Shown here: in pieces, positions 1 to 10,209 of the stretch
Layout of the letters: every line of letters starts with the position of its first letter
How positions within the stretch are numbered: position 1 is the stretch's first letter
Assembly (NCBI GenBank): GCA_051294905.1
Contig: CM119371.1
Span: 4,652,001-4,716,000, forward strand
DNA from: Botryllus schlosseri
Taxonomy: Eukaryota
Direction of reading: 5' to 3'
DNA: 64,000 nt
Translations under genes and position numbers: made by a program
The notes under the pieces: generated by a model
What the model saw: the letters and a program-made list of their open reading frames with translations, nothing else
Told to the model about the DNA's origin: nothing
Databases searched by the model: none

Positions 1-839
1 AAATCATGCATGTGCTATATGAGATATAGCATTCACTCGGAAGGGTACCCTCGAGCAAAATATGGCTATGCATGCTGGCACCAAGATTCATATTGTCATA
101 TACCGTAATTTCTCATGTATGATACGCCCCGCGAGACTTGCGACACGGTAATCCTTGTTAATACTGGCAAAAAAAAATCATAAATGTCAAGCTTTCTGAA
201 ACCGCCAACATCAAGCACGTGGATTGAAGTGTTGAGTTCTAAAGTCACGCAAGGTCATGATCAAGTAATTCGAGTCGTGCATGATGCATCCACCTTAGAA
301 TTGTTTCGCTGCTAGCAGTGTCAAGTGATTGCCCTTGAGAGCGGACGTATCACTACATTTCTCAAGCTATCATACTGTATGAGCCAACATATTTTTCATG
401 TACACTTTATGATAGTCATGCAACATATTGCATTAATACTGGGTAATATGAAAGAGACAAGTATTGTTGTACATTTTTTGAGTATTGATGTACATTTGTT
501 GACAAGCGTTCTACATTTCTCCAATATCCTTGTGATCGGTTTTCGTTTGTGTGATGATCTTGCAGCCATTGCTAGCTAGTAATTGCTTAGTTAGTCCTGA
601 ATAGTGGTAGTTCTGTCTGTCTGATTCTTCAGTCATTTTGTACCGATGTTCATGTAGAAAGCAAATCTGATTCCTATAAAATATAACGATTGGTCTGCTT
701 CGGAATCAAATCTGGTAGTTGTGTTTCGTTTGTTACTGATTTTCAAATGTCGTTAGTGATTTAGTTGTGCAGTTTAAACATTCAGTAGTTTGTATAAGTC
801 TGGTGCCAGCTTGTTTATGTACGATATTTCATTTTGCAG

Positions 840-1028
840 ATTGATTAAATCGATTATATCCGAAAAAGTATACCTTGCAACGAAAGAGATCTCTGAATTC
901 ATGTGTGATGACTCTACTTGGAACCATACAGGAGAGATCCATTTCTTGGCAAAGGCGGATTTGCCAAATGCATTATACTTATTGAAGTCAGAACAAAACA
1001 AGCTTTCGCTTGTTAAAATATGCCAACG
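840..1028 (+). other. Candidate internal coding exon of an unidentified gene
   Basis: Flanked by tttcattttgcAG and GTgagt; 189 nt, phase 2-2, open frame LIKSIISEKVYLATKEISEFMCDDSTWNHTGEIHFLAKADLPNALYLLKSEQNKLSLVKICQ. No family recognised and no partner exon found. Confidence 0.3.
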
Positions 1029-1560
1029 GTGAGTCGTCTTTGTTGACACTATAGAATCTGTGTTACTGATTCTATTTGTCACATTCACTAATGCCATTTT
1101 GTAAAGACTCTAGTGAAAACAAATGTGGCCAAGAACTTGCAAGTTGCCATTTCTACATGCTTTTTATAACTAGAGCTGAGTTGATTTTGGGATTTTGAGG
1201 CGATAACGATGAAACTGAAACCAAACACCTTCGCCGATAACCTCGATGTTTATTTAGATTAGGCCACATTTTCACAAATATAACAGCTTCACAGTCATTG
1301 CTATGCCTAGAACGGACATGAAATAAACTAGAAAGGCTGCATCTGGACACCTGTAAGATATAAGAAGTCTATTAATATTTCCAGTGTAGCAGTCGCACAG
1401 TATTTTGTGACCACGGTATGGCCACGCTGAAATTATATATATATTTGCTTCTCATGGACGATACCAGTCTATCTTCCAAAGTGTGATATCGATACGGTGT
1501 TGTTAGCAAACCTGATGGGCCTGGCAGTAGATGCGAGCATTAATTTAGCGTTCATTTTAG

Positions 1561-4500
1561 GCACTTCTTGTGAATAAGCATCATAAAGACGAAATGTGTC
1601 AAGAGACCAGTCTCCATCGCGGTTTGTTTGATTTTATGGATTTTTCAAACTCAAGAATTTCTTCCATATTGCTCTGTAGTTGTGCAAAAGAAGCGTAAAG
1701 CATTTCTTTGATACAGCTGTAATGTCTCTCAAACTGTTATGTTGGCAATTGCATCAACTCTGCCACGTCCATTACTAGCCGACTAGGACGACAAATTGAT
1801 ATAAAGTGAACTGATTTTTGGTGTCATTCTTTTTTAGAATTTAGTAATTCTAGTCTACTTTATAAAAAAATGATGTAGCCTTGATTCTAATTCCAAGCAC
1901 ACTCGGAAAAACACGAAAGTTATAATTCTGATCTAAATTGAAAAAACTTGTGTAGCTTTAATGCTACTTCTAATCCAATTTAGAAAAAAAACTGTAGATA
2001 TAATTATAATTCTAAGCTAGTTTGGATAAGCTGAAAATTTTCTGTTCGACGACTCTGATCACATGAGTGATAGGCACAATCATTCGAGTACTCGATTTGA
2101 ATCGAGTATTTTATCGAATGAGTTGAGTCGAGTAGTGAGTCATGTTTTTTTGAGTACTGAAACAATACGCCTCTTGTCACAATGGTCGAAATTATTACCA
2201 ACAAACCTCACTGAATATAACTGAGAGTTAATTTACGAATGACAATTATGGTTTCGAATGTGTTTTCTATGGAAGGCCGTATGTAAACATCGATTGGCTG
2301 TGTTGCAGTATACGAAACATGTAGTACAAAGCTACACTCGTTAATGGAAATGACATATCTGTGAAGTCGTGACCAACCCACAGCATTGTCACAAAGTGCA
2401 ATGAAATATATATTGTACCGGTATGGTGAAAATATACAAGTTATCAGTAATGTGCTGTAGAACTGGCGTGACGCTGTCTGTGGTCGCATCAAAAGTACAT
2501 ACTTGAACTTTCCTAATATTCCATAATGTTGTGACCTGATACTAAGTGATAATCGACTCAAAGCCTAATACTCGGTTCAGAATCGAATTACTCTGATTTC
2601 ATGTCGAATATAAAAAAAGCAGCATGAAATGAATTTCTAATTTGGAAGGTCCACCTGCCCGCTAAATTTGTTGACAAATTGCTTGTTTCCGACTAGCTCA
2701 AACAGGTCACTAATTAGGATGTTCTCAACAAACACCATTGTTGTTTTCATTCTATCAATTCGATAAACTTTGACTTTTTTGTCAGTCGCAGATATGAGTT
2801 TTCAAGTTATTGCACGTCATTACAGAGACTCGTTATTGCATGCAACAGATTCTGCTTGTAGTCATTCATCTTCACAATTCAGGGATCGTTCATAGGTGTA
2901 TCTCAAGGTAACGTTGGTTGCAGTGTTACTGGACTTGTGCAAACTAGTACATTTTCTTTGCACAATTAGAACTATTACTACTCACTTTTAAAAACTACTC
3001 ACTTTTCAAAATTTACAATTACATCTAGAACTACTGGATTTACAAAATTTGCATTTCGAAATCGAACTACAACTACCGGTACTGACTTTTCAAAACTCTG
3101 AACTAGAACTAGAATAATTCATTTAGCAACAACTATAGAACTGGCGACCGTTAAATATTTGCAACCAACTCAACTCCAAATGCGGATAATTAATGGTGAG
3201 AATAAATTAATCGCAAACAGGCTACAAAATATTAAAAGGACTGGATTTCTAGTTTAGGGGTTGCGACCCCATAACCCTCCTCATGGCTATGCCGCTGTTA
3301 GTAGTGGTGACTCTGAGCTAGTGATGGCTGCCAACACATCACACAGCAGAACATCAGCAGCACAACTTGTGTCAACTAGTTGTTCGTAAACTAATTTTAT
3401 TCAATGCCCATTTGGAACTACTCATAAAGCCAGTAATTCGTTGACCATAAATTAGTTATGTAACTGGATTTGTATTGACAGCTGGAGAACCTCTTCCTGA
3501 ACAATAATATGGAGGTGAAGATTGGAAATTTTGGCCTAGCTACCAAAATCTACTTTGACACCCAGAGATAGCTTTTTTTAGGCCACACCCAACTGTTTTG
3601 CCCCGGAAGGTCTCGGCAGGAATGGACACATTTTCGAAATGTACACTTGGTCACCGGGTTGTATTTTGTGAATATGATCCAACACTCACCTGGGAGTTAC
3701 TAAAAGGGGTTGCAAGGGCCTTCGGTGTAGAGATGAGTGAAATCGAATACATCAGTAGTTTGATTTTGAATCGAGTATTAGTCTTCGACTCAAGTATTCG
3801 AGTATATCTCGTTATGACACTATAACAGTATGAACGATGTGAAAGTTGCAATATGAACCTTTTCTGCCACCACAAACAATGTAATGCCATTTCTACATCA
3901 CATCAAAGCTAATTTGTATATTTTAACCATACCGGTACGGTACTTATTTCATGCACTATGTGACAATGCAGTGGTTTGATCACGACTCCACCTAAATGTC
4001 ATTTCCACTAACACTGCACCTTTATGCTGCCTATTTCTTAAGATGCGATACGACCAATCGATGATTACAGCCACCCTCATTTAGAAAGTAGTAATCAAGG
4101 TATAATTCTTGTTGCCTAATGAACTCTTAGTGGACTCTTAGCATAAGATCTTAGCAAAAGGTATGTTATATCTGAGACTGGGAGTTGGTATTTTGATTTT
4201 TTTCCAATGTGCTCTGCCGTGTTGGGATGACAGAGTCAACTTTTTCAAGTGTCTTGACTTAACTGCAGTCGAGTCACCTTCAAAAATTAGTGACGTTACC
4301 TGACGCAAGTCTCCTTCGCACAATCAAATCACAATAAAAAATCTAAACTTGGACTTGCCTAAAACATTCGAGGAACTTGACTCGATTCAAAATGTGCAGC
4401 GACTCGATATGACATGTGACTCGAACATAGTGACTCGTTTCCAACTTTTCAACTGATTCTTGACAGCATTTTGTCGTTTGACCCATCACAACGACCTACA

Positions 4501-4615
4501 ACAAAGCAAGCATTGTCCAGTGAGTTTTCCCATGGCTGTATTCCACAACAACTACCGGCCACCTGATTGACTATCAGGCCCAGATCATCAAGTCGACTCC
4601 AGCCGAGTTTCACAA
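1561..4615 (+). pseudogene. PLK1: PLK1/polo-like kinase pseudogene fragment, copy 1 (kinase-domain exons)
   Basis: Exon relics, most with AG/GT flanks: 1561-1694 (ALLVNKHHKDEMCQETSLHRGL..GFF..LCKR), 2786-2907 (ITETRYCMQQILL..IVHRCIS-like), 3482-3667 (LENLFLNNNMEVKIGNFGLATK..stop..TPNCFAPEGLGRNGHIFEMYTWSPGCIL), 4467-~4615 (LSFDPSQRPT..GCIPQQLPAT*L). These match PLK1 motifs LGNLFLN..KIGDFGLATK and GTPNYIAPE..GHSFEVDVWSIGCI. Stops and frameshifts present. Confidence 0.88.
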
Positions 4616-4654
4616 TTGAGATTTTTATACTTCTATAATATGGTTACTGCTGAG

Positions 4655-6201
4655 CAGAGTTGGATCAATTGTAATTTGTAATTGTAATTGAATGTAATTA
4701 ATTACATTTTTCAATGTAATTGTAATGTAATTGTAATTGAAGCATTTTTATTTTGTGTAATTGTAATTGTAATTTGACAAAAAATTTGCTCAATTACAAT
4801 TTCAATTACATTAAATTGCTATTGAGACCTGACAAGCACAACATAAAATAATTGACTTATAATGCATTCTCTTTAAATGTCGACAAAGAATTTGGTGGAT
4901 CCATTCGCGGAAGCCCTTGACTGCGCCCTTGCGGGCGAAGTTTTTTTTATTTTTACCGCTATGCTGGCCTCGGCTGCCATTGTATACAATCTTTAGATTA
5001 CTAACCAACCAATGGATTCGCAACACGTGAACCACGATTGAATACGCCGAGAAGCGAACTGCTGAGCCGGCTAAAAGCAGCAGAATTGATAGTCCCATAG
5101 CTGGCGATCCAAGCGTCGAAATTTGAAAGGTAAGGTCCTAATCGAAACCTAGTGTCGCACTGATTCCGCAATAAAAGTATATTTCCAGGCAATGGTACCA
5201 TCCCAAAATAGTCGTGAAAGTCTGGGAAGCGGCATTGTTCTGAACAATCGCTGGGCGTAATTGGTAATTGTGTGGTCATGCTGCTGCAGCGCACTCACTT
5301 TTCAGAACAGTCAGCCTTAAACGGCTATTTTGGAGCAGTTACATTGCCCTGACGAGATTTTATTTTGTATTTTCGGAATTAGTACATCAATAGCTTACGA
5401 TAAAGACCAGATGCATCAAATTTGGACGCATGGATCGCCAGCTCTAGGACTACACAGTTTGCTTCTTTTAGCCGGCTCTGCAGTACGTTTGTCGGTGCAT
5501 TCATCCGTGACTCACATCTTGTGCAACTATCCGTGGGTTGGCAATCTACAATACGATTTCAGATCACGGATGCTGCATCGTTACTTCGTCTGGCTAACTA
5601 ACCAGACCACAGGATATTATATAACGTCTTATCTGACAAAGCACGGTTTTGTTTTTACTCCTCATCCTAATTCCTACGTCCCTCGATAAAAATAATATTA
5701 TTTCTTTAATTATATACTATATACGCAAATCCAACTCGTGCATATATTATAATACTTTTTCAACGGCATACTGCACCCTATCCTTAATCCTAACCCATAG
5801 AAAATTAGTTAAAATAACATTTTACATTTCCAATTACGTGAGCCATAATTACCGAGCATACAAAACACGCTTATATTACGTCACAATGACATCTTACATA
5901 GCACACTATGTACGCACATATACGCATTTATTACTACACAATCTGAACTAGACTTGAATTGTTGTTAAATACGACGCTACGGTTGTCAAGGAGCACGGTT
6001 GAATTTAAGATTATTCAATTACATGTTCAACAGCAGCAATTGTAATTGTAATTGTAATGTAATTGAAGCATACAAGGAGTAATTGTAATTGTAATTTGAT
6101 ATTTTTAGCATGGAGTAATTGTAATTGTAATGTAATTGAAACATTCATGAAAGTAATTGTAATTGTAATTGAACTGAAATAATGTAATTGATCCAACTCT
6201 G
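4655..6201. mobile_element. Non-autonomous hAT-type DNA transposon with (TAATTG)n subterminal arrays, copy 1
   Basis: TIR cagagttggatcaatt / aattgatccaactctg. Near-identical to 29291-30886, which has a perfect 8-bp TSD. The TSD here is not recognisable (ctgctgag / ctccgaac). Confidence 0.85.
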
Positions 6202-6724
6202 CTCCGAACCAGATAGCCGTCCCTAATCGCCTGGTTGAACCGGGCTGATGGTATCACACTTGTTCTAGAATTGTTCCGAATCTAATATTCAGTGATCCCG
6301 AGGATTTGTTGAAGACACAGAAAATTAGCAGTTTATTGTATCGGAACTGAAATCTTTCGGACAATCAAGTTGAGACCTGAACGTCCCAAATCTTCTACCC
6401 GCAGCCAATATCCGAATCTGAAATGTGATTGTGATCTACAAATGTATGTGCGGAACATCTGTAAGGAACTACTCGTCTGAATTGTCAGGTTGCCGATCAT
6501 CACAATGGCTACGCTGATCATTGTACTAAACTGGTATTATTAGGTCATAAGTTTGTTGTTCTTGGATATTGTTATTTATCAAACTGTTCCGTTTTTGCTT
6601 ATTTTTTCCGTTTTTCAGACTGGGCTGCCATAATATAAGCTTGGTTGAATACTTGTTTTTAAGTAGAGAGCGGTTAATGTGTGATGCTTGAAGAAGTAAA
6701 GTAACATACAGCTAATCCAGAAGA

Positions 6725-9088
6725 ATGAAAAACATGTGCTGGATCTGTGGAAAGAGCTTCCATCGTAAGGGCAGATCGAAAGCTCACTTGCGATTCCACC
6801 TTATAAATAGAAATACCGAATGTGAGATCTGCGGAAAAACCTTTGCTGCAATCAGTTTATTGAAAAAACATTTACTATCCCACACTTTTTTGAAAAATCA
6901 TGAACACAGAGGCATTGGCAAAGAGTGTAATCAGATCGTTCACTTGAAAAGACATGCGGATACACGTACTGCTCACCTTGGAGTCAAAAACCACGACTGT
7001 GAGATCTGTGGAAAATCATTTGTGCGGGTTGGCGACCTGAAAACGCATGTAAATATACATACTGGAAGCAAAAACTATCCATGTCAGATCTGCGGGCAAA
7101 CGTTTACCCGGCTTGGTCACTTGAAAACACATGGACATAAACATACTGGAGTAAAAAAGTATGCATGTCAGATTTGCGGAAAAGCGTTTACCCAGCTTGG
7201 TAACTTGAAACGACATGGAAATACACATAATGGAATCAAAAACTATGCGTGTCAGATTTGCGGAAAAGCGTTTACCCAGCTTGGTAACTTGAAACGACAT
7301 GAAAATACACATAACGGAATCAAAAACTATGCATGTCAGATCTGCGGAAAAGTGTTTGCTCGGATCGGACACTTGAAGACACACGAGAATACACATACTG
7401 GAGTCAGAAAATATGCATGTCAGGTCTGCGGAAAAGCGTTTACCCAGCTTGGTGCCTTGAAAATACATGGAAATACACATACTGGAGTCAAAAACTATGC
7501 ATGTCAGATTTGCGGAAAAGCGTTTATCCATCTTGGTAACTTGAAAATACATGGAAATACACATACTGGAGTCAAAAACTATGCATGTCAGATCTGCGGA
7601 AAAGTGTTTGCTTGGATCGGACACTTGAAGACACACGAGAATACACATACTGGAGTCAGAAAATATGCATGTCAGGTCTGCGGAAAAGCGTTTACCCAGC
7701 TTGGTGCCTTGAAAATACATGGAAATACACATACTGGAGTCAAAAACTATGAGTGTCAGATTTGCGGAAAAGCGTTTACCCAGCTACGTGACTTGAAACG
7801 ACATGAGAATACACATAATGGAATCAAAAACTATGCATGTCAGATTTGCGGAAAAGCGTTTACCCAGCTTGGTAACTTGAAACGACATGGAAATACACAT
7901 GATGGAATCAAAAACTATGCATGTCAGATTTGCAGAAAAGAGTTTACCCAGCTTGGTAACTTGAAACGACATGAAAATACACATAATAGAATCAAAAACT
8001 ATGCATGTCAGATCTGCGGAAAAGTGTTTGCTCGGATCGGACACTTGAAGACACACGAAAATACACATACTGGAGTCAGAAAATATGCATGTCAGATTTG
8101 CGGAAAAGCGTTTACCCAGCTTGGTGCCTTGAAAATACATGGAAATACACATACTGGAGTCAAAAACTATGAGTGTCAGATTTGCGGAAAAGCGTTTACC
8201 CAGCTTGGTGACTTGAAACGACACGAGAAAACACATAATGGAATCAAAAACTATGCATGTCAGATTTGCGGAGAAGCATTTACTCAGCTTGGTAACTTGA
8301 AACGACATGGAAATACACATACTGGAGTCAAAAACTGTGCATGTCAGATTTGCGGAAAAGTGTTTGCTCGGATCGGACACTTGAAGACACACGAGAATAC
8401 ACATACTGGAGTCAGAAAATATGCATGTCAGGTCTGCGGAAAAGCGTTTACCCAGCTTGGTGCCTTGAAAATACATGGAAATACACATACTGGAGTCAAA
8501 AATTATGAGTGTCAGATTTGCGGAAAAGCGTTTACCCAGCTTGGTGCCTTGAAAATACATGGAAATACACATACTGGAGTCAAAAACTATGAGTGTCAGA
8601 TCTGCGGAAAAGTGTTTGCTCGGATCGGACACTTGAAGACACACGAAAATACACATACTGGAGTCAAAAACTATGCATGTCAGATTTGCGGAAAAGTGTT
8701 TACCCAGCTTGGTGCCTTGAAAATACATGGAAATACACATACTGGAGTCAAAAACTATGCATGTCAGATTTGCGGAAAAGCATTTACCCATCTTCGTGAC
8801 TTGAAACGACATGAAAATACACATACTGGAGTCAGAAACTATGCATGTCAGATCTGCGGAAAAACGTTTACCCAGCTTGGTGCCTTGAAAATACATGGAA
8901 ATACACATACTGGAGTCAAAAACTATGAGTGTCAGATCTGTGGTAAAGCGTTTAGTCTGCTCAGTAACTTGAGAAAGCACGTGCATACACATACCGGAGT
9001 CAAAAATTATGAGTGCCAGACGTGCGGGAAAGCGTTTACCCTGCTTGGTAACTTGAAAAGACATGGAAATACACATACAGTAGAATAG
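6725..9088 (+). CDS. C2H2 zinc-finger array protein, 787 aa, 28 finger units (27 canonical, unit 3 degenerate), no effector domain in this exon
   Basis: Uninterrupted ORF of CxxC-x12-H-x3-H repeats with TGVKNY/NGIKNY linkers. In-frame TAA at 6713-6715 just upstream of the ATG; candidate splice acceptors at 6618 and 6720. Confidence 0.93.
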   Translation: MKNMCWICGKSFHRKGRSKAHLRFHLINRNTECEICGKTFAAISLLKKHLLSHTFLKNHEHRGIGKECNQIVHLKRHADTRTAHLGVKNHDCEICGKSFVRVGDLKTHVNIHTGSKNYPCQICGQTFTRLGHLKTHGHKHTGVKKYACQICGKAFTQLGNLKRHGNTHNGIKNYACQICGKAFTQLGNLKRHENTHNGIKNYACQICGKVFARIGHLKTHENTHTGVRKYACQVCGKAFTQLGALKIHGNTHTGVKNYACQICGKAFIHLGNLKIHGNTHTGVKNYACQICGKVFAWIGHLKTHENTHTGVRKYACQVCGKAFTQLGALKIHGNTHTGVKNYECQICGKAFTQLRDLKRHENTHNGIKNYACQICGKAFTQLGNLKRHGNTHDGIKNYACQICRKEFTQLGNLKRHENTHNRIKNYACQICGKVFARIGHLKTHENTHTGVRKYACQICGKAFTQLGALKIHGNTHTGVKNYECQICGKAFTQLGDLKRHEKTHNGIKNYACQICGEAFTQLGNLKRHGNTHTGVKNCACQICGKVFARIGHLKTHENTHTGVRKYACQVCGKAFTQLGALKIHGNTHTGVKNYECQICGKAFTQLGALKIHGNTHTGVKNYECQICGKVFARIGHLKTHENTHTGVKNYACQICGKVFTQLGALKIHGNTHTGVKNYACQICGKAFTHLRDLKRHENTHTGVRNYACQICGKTFTQLGALKIHGNTHTGVKNYECQICGKAFSLLSNLRKHVHTHTGVKNYECQTCGKAFTLLGNLKRHGNTHTVE
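7141..9078 (+). repeat. 84-bp coding minisatellite (homogenised zinc-finger units)
   Basis: Backbone aatacacatactggagtcaaaaactatgcatgtcagatttgcggaaaagcgtttacccagcttggt recurs almost verbatim every 84 nt, including at synonymous sites. Confidence 0.95.
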
Positions 9089-9379
9089 CGGAATGCATAT
9101 CTTTTTCTTCTCGTGATGATGATCTCGAACATGAAGCAGTAATATTGACAGGAATACCTTATACTAAAATATGCTGTTACTTAGAGTAGACGTTCATTCA
9201 CTCTGCTATCATGTCAATACGATTTACTATTGCGATCAAATTTGTACGAGTACTCAACGCATATATCTTTGAATCACCTTTCCAGCTAAACGATTACTGT
9301 GCCGGCTGTCTAGAAATTGTGGTGGACTTGCATCTTCGTGTTACTAAGACTCTTGCCCATGTCCATTTGTCGTTGCCAC

Positions 9380-9521
9380 AATAAAAATTTCTCTATATGT
9401 TGTTTTTTATCATCTATTTTTTTTCAGTTTGAACATGTTTCTCCCATTTTCATATTTTAATTACGGTGTATGATTACTGCCTGAAAATTTCTTTCTCACT
9501 GCCCTAATCAGTTTCAATAAA
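9380..9521 (+). promoter_or_regulatory. Candidate polyadenylation signals of the ZNF gene (AATAAA at 9380-9385 and 9516-9521)
   Basis: Two AATAAA hexamers 0.3-0.4 kb after the stop codon, followed by T/GT-rich sequence. The AT-rich background makes this weak evidence. Confidence 0.3.
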
Positions 9522-10209
9522 GACATCTTTTGCGGTAATTTGCACTGGGTCTGTTGTTTAGAGAAGTTTGATGTGGATATTCAAATCTTTGTATCACAGT
9601 GTGATGAGCTAATACTATAGTTTATGTCACCTAAATTTTAAGCTTCGTGTGCATTATCCTTTGTCATATTGTCTGTTTATTAGCAGTCTGTTCATATCGT
9701 TTTCAATTTCGTTTCAAATTGTAATGTTGTGGCCATTCTGTAAATATGTGTTTCTCCTTGCCATCCATTTCATGCAATTTGTCGACATTTTCACTTCCTC
9801 ATGGTAGTTGACGTGAAATGATACCTGTACGATTTGTGATGCAGGTGATTAGCATATCATTGATCGCTATCCTTTGTGATGGTGAGATTATGAACAGTCA
9901 GCCGCAACAAATATTATTTTTATTCTGTTTCACTTTGAAATCTATTGAATATCTGATCAATTCTGTGTGTATTTCTGATATACACTCGGTGCATCTTGTC
10001 AACAATTTCGTTTCTTCTTAAGATTTTTTTTCATTCAGATTATTTGTAATTCATACTGCTACGACGATGCACCACAGTGCTCCTTACCTTGTTTTGTTTG
10101 ATGAAACATTGAAGCTGCTACGACGAACTCATCAACCTTGTTTACTAAAGAGGCAAACTGAGGTAAATCGTGATATGAATAATCATTTGGCATTCATTCA
10201 TTCAACGTT

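Noticed and set aside
4667..4810. (TAATTG)n tracts as telomeric or simple satellite repeats
   Set aside because: They lie just inside TIRs at both ends of a twice-present element, with an 8-bp TSD in copy 2, so they are transposon subterminal arrays.
6055..6075. Predicted ZNF target (NTA TGG GAA GCA) matching gtaattgaagca in the adjacent MITE or tgggaaagca in the second ZNF gene
   Set aside because: Only partial matches, and the recognition code is too imprecise to support a specific target claim.
7016..9076. Long antisense ORFs (238 aa, 430 aa) and short alternative-frame ORFs over the ZNF array; likewise 45438-46199
   Set aside because: Shadow ORFs produced by the 84-bp periodic repeat lacking stops in those frames; no independent protein features.
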